NCBI GenBank assembly: GCA_963798085.1
Contig: CAWCRS010000002.1
Coordinates: 192,001-256,000 of the forward strand
Source of the DNA: an uncultured Gemmatimonadales bacterium
Lineage (GTDB): Bacteria; Gemmatimonadota; Gemmatimonadetes; Longimicrobiales; RSA9
Direction: 5' to 3'
DNA: 64,000 bases
In this document: positions 40,018 through 52,800 of the stretch, in pieces
How positions within the stretch are numbered: the first letter of the stretch is position 1
Layout of the letters: every line of letters starts with the position of its first letter
Notes under the pieces: generated by a model
Told to the model about the DNA's origin: nothing
Database searches by the model: none
What the model saw: the letters and a program-made list of their open reading frames with translations, nothing else
Position numbers and translations under genes: made by a program

Positions 40018-40878
40018 CTAGGGATGGCGCGGCGCAGGCACAAGGCGGCGCGACCCGGCCGCCTCGGCTGCGCCACGCATGGCGAGATCCAGGGCCTGCA
40101 TCTCCCGTGTCGTCAGCGCGCGGAACCGGCCGCTCGCCAGTGTGCCCAGCGCCAGCGGTCCGATGGCCACGCGCACGAGACGGCGCACCTGCACACCCAG
40201 CGCCTCGAGCAGGCGACGGATCTGACGGTTGCGGCCCTCGTCCAGCACCACTTCCAGCCACGCGTTCCTGTCGCCACGCCGCAGTTCGCGCACGGCCAGA
40301 GCGCGCAGCGCGCCGGCACGCGGATGCGTGATGCCCCGCTCCATTGCAGCCAGCAGCGCCGCATCCGGCAGCCTGTCGATCTGCACGTGATACACGCGCT
40401 CCACGTGCCGCGCCGGCGAGAGCAGACGGTCCGCCCAGCGCGTGTCGTTGGTGAACAGGAGCAACCCTTCACTGGCCTTGTCGAGCCGGCCCACGGGTGA
40501 GAGCCAGGGCAGCGCGTGTCCGCGCAGACACGTGTACACGGTGTCCCGCCCCTGCTCATCGGATGTCGTCGTCACCAGACCGCGCGGCTTGTTCAGCATG
40601 AGATACAACGGATGGTGGGCGACGACTCTCTTTCCGTCCACGTCGATGCGATCGCGCTCCGGATCGACGCGGAGTGTCGTCGCGCGCAAAAGGCGGCCGT
40701 TGACGCGCACGCGCTGCTGCGCGATCAGCGATGCGGCCTCACTGCGCGAACAATGGCCCAGACGCGAGAGAGCGCGCGCAATGCTGAGTACACCGTGGCC
40801 GTGCGGCGACGGCGAGTTGCCCGGCGCTGCCGTGCTTCGCCTGCGGGAAAGCCGGGATCGTGAATCAGACGTCGTCAT
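40018..40878 (-). CDS. RsuA/RluB/RluE family pseudouridine synthase
   Basis: S4 domain (SRSEAASLI..VRVNG), LNKPRG, VGRLDKASEGLLLFTND, EGRNRQIRR. Start position uncertain. Confidence 0.93.
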   Translation of the reverse strand: MTTSDSRSRLSRRRSTAAPGNSPSPHGHGVLSIARALSRLGHCSRSEAASLIAQQRVRVNGRLLRATTLRVDPERDRIDVDGKRVVAHHPLYLMLNKPRGLVTTTSDEQGRDTVYTCLRGHALPWLSPVGRLDKASEGLLLFTNDTRWADRLLSPARHVERVYHVQIDRLPDAALLAAMERGITHPRAGALRALAVRELRRGDRNAWLEVVLDEGRNRQIRRLLEALGVQVRRLVRVAIGPLALGTLASGRFRALTTREMQALDLAMRGAAEAAGSRRLVPAPRHP

Positions 40879-40915
40879 GGCATCGTCGCCTGCAATCCGT
40901 CATGCACCGGACAGT

Positions 40916-41149
40916 GCATCCAGCACGCTTGAGCACTTCTCCGCGTGGGAGCGCATGCACGGGATTGGCGCCGCCTCGCACCCAGCGCACGACACCGCCG
41001 CGGTCCACGATGACACTGCTGCTGCGCTGGAGAAAAGCACGACATTCCGGCCGCGCAGGGCGGAGAGTGCAACCGCATCGCCATGCGTGGTGTGCGCCGA
41101 GGAATCGGGCGCGGGCAGTCCCACCATCTCGGCCCTGGAAAGGCGTCAT
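40916..41149 (-). pseudogene. Peroxiredoxin (AhpC/TSA/BCP) remnant with internal deletion
   Basis: N-terminal VGLPAPDSSAHTTHGDAVALSALRGRNVVLF joined out of frame to C-terminal QRSSSVIVDRGGVVRWV..EVLK; the catalytic PxxxTxxC region is absent. Confidence 0.6.
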
Positions 41150-41320
41150 GGGCGTTCCTCTCGCTGAGGGCGCCCGCAACGTGCCGGGCGCGAACGCGGC
41201 CCGCAAGACTGCGCAATGCACGGACGACCCGGCGCCGGTGGCGCCGGGCCGCCGCGACGCGTCACTGCGACCGGTGCTTCAAGGTGAGAGTGGACGCGTC
41301 GATCTGTGCATGCGTGCGCG

Positions 41321-41539
41321 TCAGGTATGGCGGGATGGTTCGGTCAGCGTCTCGACCCAGGAATCCACCTCGCGCTCGAGTTCTTCCTTGTTCCTGCCGT
41401 AGCGCTCCTGCAGCCTGCCGAGCAGCTCCATCCGCCGTCCCTGTATGCGATCCACGTCATCATCCGTGAGCTTGCCCCAGTGCTGCCGCACGCGGCCCTT
41501 CACCTGCTTCCAGTTTCCTTCCATCTGCTGCCAGTTCAT
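41321..41539 (-). CDS. CsbD family general stress protein
   Basis: MNWQQMEGNWKQVKGRVRQHWGKLTDDDVDRIQGRR..LQERYG; AAAGGAG SD. Confidence 0.93.
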   Translation of the reverse strand: MNWQQMEGNWKQVKGRVRQHWGKLTDDDVDRIQGRRMELLGRLQERYGRNKEELEREVDSWVETLTEPSRHT

Positions 41540-41842
41540 AGCGACTCCTTTCCCATCCGGAAAGCGAACATCGCCGACAGCCGCGACCGTGCCTCCTGCG
41601 CGGCAGGCGCCGGCGACAGCTGCACGATCATGCAACGCAAGCCATGTGCCCATCGCATGGTTGTGCGGAAACTCACTGCACGGCTCGCTAGCACGCGTGT
41701 TCGCACGGCACCCCAGTGTACACTCGTCGCGGCGCCGGCAATGCGCTGACTGCGCGCCGCGGTACGGGTTCTGCACACATTGTGCAGTGCACCCGGCACG
41801 AGAAGCGGAGGGTGCGCTTCAACGCATGGAAGGAGCAGGACG

Positions 41843-42142
41843 ATGCCGGAAGCATGGAGCGAGAAGGACGAGAGACAGTACCGGCACATCCGCGACAGTG
41901 AAGAGCAACGGGGTCGCACGGCGGATCGCGCAAAGGAAATCGCCGCGCGCACCGTCAACCGGCAGCGGCGTGAAGAGGGCAGGACGCCCTCGCGTCGCAC
42001 GTCGGGCACCGGCAGTCGCAACGCGCGACTCGACGCACGCACCGTGGAGGAGCTGCGCAATCGGGCCGCCGAACTGGGCATTCGCGGACGCAGCGGCATG
42101 AACAAGAGGCAGCTCATCGCTGCCATCCGCGAAGAGGAGTAG
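41843..42142 (+). CDS. Small basic protein with C-terminal Rho-N-like domain
   Basis: WSEKDERQYRHI..AKEIAARTVNRQR; TVEELRNRAAELGIRGRSGMNKRQLI; AAGGAG SD. Confidence 0.85.
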   Translation: MPEAWSEKDERQYRHIRDSEEQRGRTADRAKEIAARTVNRQRREEGRTPSRRTSGTGSRNARLDARTVEELRNRAAELGIRGRSGMNKRQLIAAIREEE

Positions 42143-42361
42143 TGGGCCGGAACGGTCCGCTACTCTACCGCAGCACACAGTCCCGCCCCATCGACGGCGT
42201 GACGTCGGCCACGATCACGGCAGCGTGAAGCGTGGCGACGTCCGCCGCTCGCCACTGCTGTTGTTCCGCGCACGGGCCGCGGTATATTGGCCGTCGTCTG
42301 CACACGGCCGTCCAGGGGCCGGATGGCCGCCCACCTTCCGTGAACGCTCGGAGAGATCCTC

Positions 42362-45783
<3,422 letters not shown>

Positions 45784-45796
45784 CACGAAGTTGGAA

Positions 45797-45835
45797 CGGC
45801 CCGGTCCGCGCGCGTTGCCTGCGCGGACCGGGCCG
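45797..45835. terminator. Hairpin between convergent genes
   Basis: 15-bp stem cggcccggtccgcgc/gcgcggaccgggccg. Confidence 0.65.
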
Positions 45836-45882
45836 CCAGTCCTCCGCCACGCGGGGCGGCCGATCGGGTTTTCAGGCTGGAC

Positions 45883-47119
45883 TCAGCCCGCCTTCCTGAG
45901 GAGCGGGAAGCGGCGCACGGATTCCACGTCCAGCTCATTGCGCCAGACACCCAGCACGTAATCGCGGCCGATCTCTTCCGGCCGGAAGTTCGCGGGCATG
46001 TGGACCGTGCCCAGCCAGCGTCCCTGCCCGTCGAACACCGACCACGGACCATCCGTGTCCACCGCGGTCGTGAAGTCCTGCACCCAGAGATCATTGTCCG
46101 CGTCCACCACCCAGACGTTGCCGTACGCCGGCAGCGTCGCCGTGTGCGGCTTGTCCGCGTAATCCTTCTCGATGGCCGCACGCCGCTCGGGCGCTGCCGC
46201 ATCAACGTCGTGCTGCTTCAGCTGATCGAGCAGCGACGCGGTGACGGCTCGCGGCTGCGCCGGATGGCGCATGCTGAGCAGGTGCCGGCCGTGCACGGTG
46301 TACACATCGACCGTGTAGTCGTCACCCATGCCCCGGTAGTAGAACGTGTCGTGCGCCATGAGCACCGCGAAGCGACCGAAGCGCGGCACGTTCGGCCCCC
46401 AGCTGGGCGTGGTTACGTAATCCGCGTCCGCGAAGGTGCCAATGGTGTCGACGACTGTGCCGTCATCCCTGGTGCGCACGGCGGGCACCATGGTGCGGCC
46501 ATTGCCTTCCTTGATGGCCGCGTCGATGAAGCGGTTGCGGCGCAGCAGGAACGTGCCATCGGAGAAACGCGCGTAGGGAATGGCGCTCAACCCCTGCGAC
46601 CCCTTCTGCTCGAAAGTCACCATGCGCGCGGGAGCGCCGGCAACGTCGAAATACGTCATGCGCGCGTTGCTGGCGTCGAACACCAGGATCGTGTCCGGGC
46701 GGATGAACCACGCATCCCAGATCAGGCGTATCTCGCCGGGCCCCGAGCCCATGTGGCCGATCGTGCTCTGGTATTTGCCGGACGCGTCGAACAGGCGGAT
46801 CTCGGGCGGCCGGCTGGTGTTCACCACGGCAATGCGGCCGTCCGGCAGCGTGAACGTCCGCTTGATGCTTGTGAACTCGTCGTTAGGGCCGGCCGGATGC
46901 TCGCCGATGGCCAGCGTGGGCGCCGCGCCGAGCTTCCATTCTTCGCCTTTCTTCCACAGCGGCGTGCGGCTCTCCACGATGCGCACACCTGCGCTGTCCT
47001 TCGCCTGTGCCGCGGCGGGTGAGCGGGATCCGGAAACTGCCAATCACGCTCACGACCGCCAGCATCGGGAGCTGACGCGTGCTGCTCGACTGCCGGCGCT
47101 GCCATCGGTCGACGCTCAT
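45883..47119 (-). CDS. 6-bladed beta-propeller protein (probable frameshift near 47040)
   Basis: DSAGVRIVES, IGHMGSGPGEIR, VDADNDLWV, VFDGQGRWLGTV, GVWRNELDVESV. Start inferred across a frameshift. Confidence 0.8.
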
Positions 47120-47193
47120 TGAGCCGTTCCCGTCTTCCGGGTAAATGTGCTGGTCGCGAGGGCAGATTATTGGAGCACGCGGTGCGCACGGCG

Positions 47194-47808
47194 TCAACCA
47201 CCTCGCCCGGAATCGGGGTGAGCCATCGCCTGCGCGCGCACGACTGCCTCGCGCTTCGTAAGCAGGCGCTGGAAGGCCTCGGCATCTTTCGGTCGCGCGC
47301 CATCGTGGCCGATGCGCGCCCAGTCCGCATCCTCCGGATCCAGTCCCAGCACCCGCACCGCTTCGGCTGTGCACACGAAGAAATGATGGCGATAGGGCAG
47401 CAGGTAGCCGCCTGCGCGCTCCAGATCCGCCTTCGCTTCCTCGTGACGCGGGTACCAGCGATTCAGGAAAACGGCCATGCCGCGACCGTACCAGATCTCC
47501 TCCGCCGCATTGCGTCGCGCAGCGCGCCGTGGCGCCGGGACGGGCATGGTCGCCTCCAATGCGCGTTTCATTGCCGTCCATGACGCGTAGCCGGCCTCCT
47601 GCGCCACCACGGCCAGCGCGTGCTTGAGCTGGATGCGTTCGTGTTGCGCGGTATCGGCTGCGCTCAGGGTGGCGAAACTGCGCAGGCCGCGGAATCGTGC
47701 GAGCGCCGCAGCAACCGCGTCGGCTTCACCGGAACGCAACTGCTTGAGGAGTCGCCGCGCCGACGCGCGACACGAAGACAGCGAAGGTGTTTCCTGCGGG
47801 CTCGACAT
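47194..47808 (-). CDS. Uncharacterised protein with N-terminal helical domain (LKHALAVVAQEAGYASW motif)
   Basis: GGGAGA SD; N-terminal ARRLLKQL...ALAVVAQEAGYASW type also seen at the N-terminus of ankyrin- and glyoxalase-associated proteins; C-terminal LNRWY..YLLPYRHHFFVC..LGLDPEDADW. Confidence 0.85.
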   Translation of the reverse strand: MSSPQETPSLSSCRASARRLLKQLRSGEADAVAAALARFRGLRSFATLSAADTAQHERIQLKHALAVVAQEAGYASWTAMKRALEATMPVPAPRRAARRNAAEEIWYGRGMAVFLNRWYPRHEEAKADLERAGGYLLPYRHHFFVCTAEAVRVLGLDPEDADWARIGHDGARPKDAEAFQRLLTKREAVVRAQAMAHPDSGRGG

Positions 47809-47945
47809 GGATTTCTCCCTCGATCTGCTGCGCCAGCCCGACGAATTGCAGCATCAAGGAGATCCGTGTGAACCACCCATCAGGGCAGAACGAGGGTGAG
47901 CGTGCTCTTTCTCGGGCGCAGGCGTCCCTCGCCACCTGCGCTCGA
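47809..47945 (-). ncRNA. Candidate structured cis-regulatory leader RNA (pseudoknotted)
   Basis: Four stems, a loop-to-downstream pairing CGAGGG/CCCUCG, and a final stem that covers the SD; see findings. Confidence 0.6.
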
Positions 47946-47973
47946 ATGATCGCGCAATCCCGCCGCCTGTCAA
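47946..47973 (-). promoter_or_regulatory. Putative sigma70 promoter
   Basis: TTGACA at 47973-47968, 16-bp spacer, GATCAT at 47951-47946. Confidence 0.55.
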
Positions 47974-47986
47974 GCCGGCGCGACGC

Positions 47987-48536
47987 TCAACCGGCTTTGT
48001 GTTTGACGTACATCGCGTCGAACGTGGACTGCCAGTTCCTGCCATCGCGCGACACTTCAATGACCTGGTGCACGCGCCCGTCGGCCATGGGCGTGAGCGT
48101 CGTGCGATCCTGAATCTCGCCACCGCTCAGCAGCGGAATGGTTCCCTGAAAGCGTACGGCGCCTCCGGCGAGGGGCGGCTGCAGCTCTTTCTCTTTCACA
48201 CCGCCGGGCGACGACGGGTTTTCCGTGACCCACACCTGTTTCCAGCGACGTGTGGGCGGCTGATAGTAGAAGAGACTCTTCCCTTCACCACCGCCCGCGC
48301 CTCGCCAGTTCTCGAATGAGCGCGCAGCCTGACAGAATCTTCTCCACGCGATCCGTGCCCGCCAGCTGATCGCCCGTGAAGACATCCCATTCGCCCACCC
48401 AGAAGTCGAGCAGGCTGAACGCGGAATCCGCGGCGCAGCCGCCCGCGGTCTGCGCCTGCACCCGGGCGGGTCGCGCTGCCATGCACGCGCACAACGCCGC
48501 GAGCAGCAGCGATCCGATGACAGCGGGTTTGCCCAT
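47987..48536 (-). CDS. Secreted hypothetical beta-barrel-like protein (DUF1579-like; frameshift near 48320)
   Basis: Signal peptide, C..LDFWVGEWDV..KILSGCALI, then in another frame ENW..GKSLFYY..WKQVWV..VIEVSRDGRNW. Confidence 0.78.
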
Positions 48537-48675
48537 GGCGGCTCCATGTTGACGGGAAGCTGCCGCCAATCTGTTGCCGCGTGCCTTCGCGTGGCGAGCC
48601 CGCAGCAAGCCATTCGTCGCACACCACGAGCCGTTGATCACGACAGCCTGCGGGTGCGCCGCACCGGCGGGAGGA

Positions 48676-49533
48676 TCAGACGGTCGCGCTCCAGATGCCG
48701 GTGCGTTGCGGTGCGCGCAGACTGTCCCGACGGCCCTGCAGATAACGCGCTGTCATGGTGACCGCATCCAGTCCGAGAATCTGCGAGAAGCCCAGACCGT
48801 ACAGCCGTTCCCGCAGTACATCCGGATCCATGTGCGTGCGGAACGGTTCGCCCACGGCAGCGGCGCGCGCCGCCAGCGCGCTCTCGCCGTCGCCTGCAGC
48901 GGTAGGCGGCGCACTCATCGTGAACACCAGCTCGCTGCCGCGCGGCAGTCCGGCGGCGAAGCGGAACACGGCATCGACGCCCGCCGCATCGAGGTATACC
49001 AGCACGCCCAGGCAGGCGGCCAGCACGGGCTGCGCCGGGTCCATCCCAGCCTCGACCAGTCGCGGGTGCAACGCAGGCGAGGTGATGTCGGCGGGCACGA
49101 ACACGGTGTTTGGGGGCGGGACCACACCCGCCTGACGCAGCCGTTCCAGCTTGGCCTGCTGCGTGGCCGCCTGGTCGACTTCGAAGATGCGCAGGGCGCC
49201 GGCCCAGGCCGGCTGGCGGCAGGCAAACGTGTCGTAGCCCGCACCCAGAATCACGTACTGCGTCACGCCCCGCTGCACCGCTTCCGCCAGCCGATCCTCG
49301 GCGAACCGGCTGCGTACCACGACGTGCGTGCGCAGCGCACCGGCACGCGGCGCCTGGAAGGACTGGGCGTGTGCGCGAATGCCGGCTTTCGCCTCCGCAT
49401 CCAGCAGGCGCAGGATCACGGGATCGTCGTGCACGCACGGCGCATCGTCCAGCAGCTGGTGCACGGCGCGCAGCAGGGCCGCGCCCAGCGCGGTCGCGCT
49501 CGCGCCCGCTGGCGCAGGTCCCTCGTCGTTCAT
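48676..49533 (-). CDS. SAM-dependent methyltransferase (leucine carboxyl methyltransferase-like)
   Basis: SATALGAALLRA, RSRFAED, QYVILGAGYDT, IFEVDQAATQQAK. Confidence 0.92.
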   Translation of the reverse strand: MNDEGPAPAGASATALGAALLRAVHQLLDDAPCVHDDPVILRLLDAEAKAGIRAHAQSFQAPRAGALRTHVVVRSRFAEDRLAEAVQRGVTQYVILGAGYDTFACRQPAWAGALRIFEVDQAATQQAKLERLRQAGVVPPPNTVFVPADITSPALHPRLVEAGMDPAQPVLAACLGVLVYLDAAGVDAVFRFAAGLPRGSELVFTMSAPPTAAGDGESALAARAAAVGEPFRTHMDPDVLRERLYGLGFSQILGLDAVTMTARYLQGRRDSLRAPQRTGIWSATV

Positions 49534-50273
49534 TTCGCGCGACGAGGCCGCTTCGAGGCCGGCGCGCTGCGCTTGACGTAGCGACGCCGGCGGGCGTCCG
49601 GGAAGCGCTCGACCGCGTAGCGCAGCATGGTGCGCGGCATGCGCGCGTGATGCTCGCGCAGGAACGCTTCCTCCACCGCCATGTCGCGCTTGCCGATCTC
49701 CCGCAGCATCCAGCCGGCGGCCTTGTGGATCAGGTCCTCCTCGTCATCCAGCAGCTGGCGCACCAGCTCGAGCGTGGTCGTGAATTCGCCCTGCTTGATG
49801 TACGTGAACGTGGCCAGGATGGCGACACGCCGCTCCCAGAGACCCGGCGAACGCGCGAGCCGCGCCAGGAGCGAGCGGTCACCTTCGCGCAGGTGCGCAC
49901 CTACAATGTGTTCCGCCGAGCAATCCACCAGATCCCAGTTGTTGATCCAGTGCAGGTGCTCGAGGTAGGTGTCGAAGAGCCGCTGGCGGGTGGCGGCGTC
50001 GCCACGCTGATACTGGTGTACCATGATGAACAGCGCGAGCGCCCGCTCCTCGTGGTAGCGGGAACGCAGCAGGCGGCGCACTTCGGTGGGCGACAGCGCG
50101 TGATAACGCCGAGTCAGCTCACGCAGCACGGGTACCCGGATACCCAGGAACGCATCGCCCTCGCCGTATTCGCCGGGTCCGGTCTTGAAGAATAATGCGG
50201 TACGCCGCGCAATCGTGGCATCCGCCTGGCGTCGCAGCTCGCGTTGCGCCTCCGTCAGCCCCGCCATGGTCAC
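49530..50273 (-). CDS. DNA alkylation repair protein (AlkD-like HEAT-repeat glycosylase family)
   Basis: FFKTGPGEYGEGD.FLGIRVP, NNWDLVD, LWERR, DLIHKAAGWMLREIGK, PRTMLRYAVERF. Confidence 0.93.
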   Translation of the reverse strand: MTMAGLTEAQRELRRQADATIARRTALFFKTGPGEYGEGDAFLGIRVPVLRELTRRYHALSPTEVRRLLRSRYHEERALALFIMVHQYQRGDAATRQRLFDTYLEHLHWINNWDLVDCSAEHIVGAHLREGDRSLLARLARSPGLWERRVAILATFTYIKQGEFTTTLELVRQLLDDEEDLIHKAAGWMLREIGKRDMAVEEAFLREHHARMPRTMLRYAVERFPDARRRRYVKRSAPASKRPRRAK

Positions 50274-50300
50274 TCCCGTCCGCAGGCACCGGGCGACGGG

Positions 50301-50705
50301 TCAGCCCGACGCCACGGCTTCCATGCCCGTCACCGCATCGCGGTTCACGAGAATGCGGATGTTGTTGCTCTTCGTGTCGACCGGCACGACGAAGAAGTAG
50401 GGCCGGTTGGGTGGATACCGGATGGTGAGTCCGACAATGGTCTCTCCATCCGCGAAGCGCAGCTTCACGATGGTCGATCCGCGGGCGCGCGGATCGGTCG
50501 GATCCGGCGTATTCGCTTCCTCGTGTCTGGCATCACCCTCGAGCGAGCGCACGAAGAACAGCGCCTTCAGCTCGCTGAGCTTCACCTCGAGTGCGGCGCC
50601 TTGCGGTGGACGTACATGAAACGCGGGCCGTGCCGGGTCCACGTCCAGGCTGATGCCGCGCACGACGCGGCCATCCAGGAAGCGCGCGACGACTTTGTTG
50701 CTCAT
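50301..50705 (-). CDS. Hypothetical protein (DUF6982-like tandem Sm-like beta domains)
   Basis: NKVVARFLDGRVVRG..LKALFFVRS..LRFADGETIVG..FFVVPVDTKSNNIRILVN. Confidence 0.8.
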   Translation of the reverse strand: MSNKVVARFLDGRVVRGISLDVDPARPAFHVRPPQGAALEVKLSELKALFFVRSLEGDARHEEANTPDPTDPRARGSTIVKLRFADGETIVGLTIRYPPNRPYFFVVPVDTKSNNIRILVNRDAVTGMEAVASG

Positions 50706-50794
50706 GTCGGATTTTGCCGTGCAATTCGCTGGCCATGGTTGTCGCGGGGGCGGCCAAAGCTGCAGGACGGCGGGCGCAGCGGCAAGAGCGCGCC

Positions 50795-51514
50795 TCAGCC
50801 TGCGGGCTTCTGCAGCACGAGCTGCATCCGGGGCCGTTCCGCGCTGGCCGCCAGGACCTCCGTGAAGTCGCTGCAGGCGAGCACCAGCTCGAGGCCGGCC
50901 GCGTGTGCCGCCACCGCCAGCGATTCCGGTGTGTGCACCTGCCACTGGAAGCGATCGGTATCGCCGGAGCCGGCGTACTGTAACTCCACGGTTAGCACGT
51001 CGCCGGTCAGCTGCTTGCGCTCGTGGACGGCAATGCCATCGCGCGTGAAGCGGCGCTCGTCGTGATGGCGTGCGAAGAAGTCGCGGTGGTACACGTCGAG
51101 GAGCAGGCGGCCGCCCGGCCGCAGCAGTGCGTACACCGCGTCCAGCACTGCCTGGTTCTGCGCCGGTGTGAACCAGCCGAAGCTGGCCCAGAGGATCAGA
51201 ACGCCGTCCCACCCGGCCTGCAAGCCGGCGAGATCACGTATATCCTGCTGCAGGAACCGGCAACCGGGCGGCGCGGCCGCGCGGGCCGCAGCAATCACCC
51301 GGGCGTTGCGGTCCACACCCGTGACTTCGTAGCCGAGGCCAGCCAGCGGGATGGCGTGGCGCCCGTATCCGCAGCACAGATCGAGCAGGCGGCGGAAGTG
51401 CGGGAGTGGCAGCTGGCGCGCGACGAACTGCAGCTCCACGCCTGTTTGCGCTGCCGGTACCGTCGCCAGGAACGTGCGGTACCAGGTCGGAGAGAACACG
51501 CCGCCGTCAGTCAT
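50795..51514 (-). CDS. Class I SAM-dependent methyltransferase
   Basis: LLDLCCGYGRH, VTGVD, SFGWF, LRPGGRLLLD. Confidence 0.92.
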   Translation of the reverse strand: MTDGGVFSPTWYRTFLATVPAAQTGVELQFVARQLPLPHFRRLLDLCCGYGRHAIPLAGLGYEVTGVDRNARVIAAARAAAPPGCRFLQQDIRDLAGLQAGWDGVLILWASFGWFTPAQNQAVLDAVYALLRPGGRLLLDVYHRDFFARHHDERRFTRDGIAVHERKQLTGDVLTVELQYAGSGDTDRFQWQVHTPESLAVAAHAAGLELVLACSDFTEVLAASAERPRMQLVLQKPAG

Positions 51515-51671
51515 GCGCGTCGTGCGCCGGCGGCAGGCCAGTGGGCCCGGCAGCCGGGACCGGCGCGGGACCTGCGGCCCGTTTCGAACGAGCTGTTAGG
51601 GAGGCTGCGGGCCGGGGCTTGCTGCGCTGGCACGGGGCATGGCGCGGAGTTGGTGGCGGTACGCCACCCTG

Positions 51672-51710
51672 CCGGGACGGTCCGCCCGCTTCGGCTGGGG
51701 ACCGTCCCGG
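51672..51710. terminator. Hairpin downstream of the small HTH-like gene
   Basis: 12-bp stem ccgggacggtcc/ggaccgtcccgg. Confidence 0.5.
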
Positions 51711-51767
51711 ATCGGGTCACGGGATGGAACGACGTGCGACGCGGAGTCCGGTCGCCCGCCGCGGTAA

Positions 51768-52088
51768 TCAGCGACGTCCGCGCTTGCTCTTCGCCGCAGT
51801 CCGCCTGCGTGCTGCTGCTTTCTTCGCGCGGGCCGGCTTGGAACGAGGCCGGGTCGATGCTTCGGGATCCCTGGACAACTGGTCGATCAACTTCGAGAGC
51901 TCGGTTGACCGGCGACGCGCGAGCTTCAGCGCAGCGGCCTGCCAGCCTGCGGGTGGATTGCAATGACCCGGATTCGAGGGATCGAGTCGCGCCAGACGCA
52001 GCACACCATGGCTCGTCCCGGTCTCCTTGGCGAGGTCTTTCAGGGTCACGCCCCCGATCAAGGTTGAAGTGGCGCGCGTGAAGTCCAT
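51768..52088 (-). CDS. Small HTH-like hypothetical protein with basic tail
   Basis: GGAGG SD; VTLKDLAKETGTSHGVLRLAR resembles an HTH; Lys/Arg-rich C-terminus. Confidence 0.65.
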   Translation of the reverse strand: MDFTRATSTLIGGVTLKDLAKETGTSHGVLRLARLDPSNPGHCNPPAGWQAAALKLARRRSTELSKLIDQLSRDPEASTRPRSKPARAKKAAARRRTAAKSKRGRR

Positions 52089-52412
52089 GAACCCTTGCCT
52101 CCAGTTTGAGGTGGATCGGGGGTGCAGGATGGTGATGTGCGTGCGAGACTTGCGCAAGATCCGCCAGTGTGTGCACACCCGGCACCCATCCCTAACTCGC
52201 TGGAAAAATGCATGCTCGACATGTCGTGTGTCCAGCCTCGCACGGATAGTGGTCCCGCGGCCCGTGCAATTCGTCGTGTCGCGGAACTGTCTGTTCAATG
52301 GCCGGCCGCGTGTTCTGCAGGTCCCGCGACCGGCGCGCCAGGGGTGCTCCCGCCCCCGGCCCGGCGACCGGGCCGGACGGCGCGCGAACCGGCACCGCCC
52401 GGCCGCCGCCGG

Positions 52413-52510
52413 TTGACATGCGGGGGGATTCGGCTATGTTGCCTTTCGTACCATCCGGATTTCGCCGCCGACTGATTCCGAGACCTGACGCGTGCGCCAG
52501 GTCTTTTTTT
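52413..52510 (+). promoter_or_regulatory. rpsU promoter and leader terminator
   Basis: TTGACA (52413-52418), 16-bp spacer, TATGTT (52435-52440); hairpin agacctg/caggtct followed by a T run (52480-52510) upstream of the start codon. Confidence 0.65.
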
Positions 52511-52534
52511 GCTGCCCCGTTATGGAAGGATCCC

Positions 52535-52744
52535 GTGGTCGAAATACAATTGGAAGAACACGACCGGCTGGACTGGGCACTGAAGCAGTTCCGGCGCCGC
52601 ATGCTGCGCTCTGGACTGTTCAAGGACATGAAGCGGAAGCGCTTCTATGTGAAGCCCAGCGTTGCCCGCAAGGCCAAGGAGCAGGCAGCGCAACGTCGCC
52701 GTCACAAGGACCGGAAGCGCGCCGCGCGCTGGAAGAACGACTGA
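52535..52744 (+). CDS. rpsU: 30S ribosomal protein S21
   Basis: VEIQLEEHDRLDWALKQFRRRMLRSGLFKDMKRKRFYVKPSVARKAK, the S21 signature. Confidence 0.9.
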   Translation: MVEIQLEEHDRLDWALKQFRRRMLRSGLFKDMKRKRFYVKPSVARKAKEQAAQRRRHKDRKRAARWKND

Positions 52745-52800
52745 CCAGCTGAGCGAGCAGGTCCGAGCCAGAGCTGGCCCGGACCCGCTCGTATCACGCG

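Noticed and set aside
41843..42142. Toxin-antitoxin toxin
   Set aside because: No RelE/ParE-like features and no coupled antitoxin; the sequence fits a small basic protein with a Rho-N-like end.
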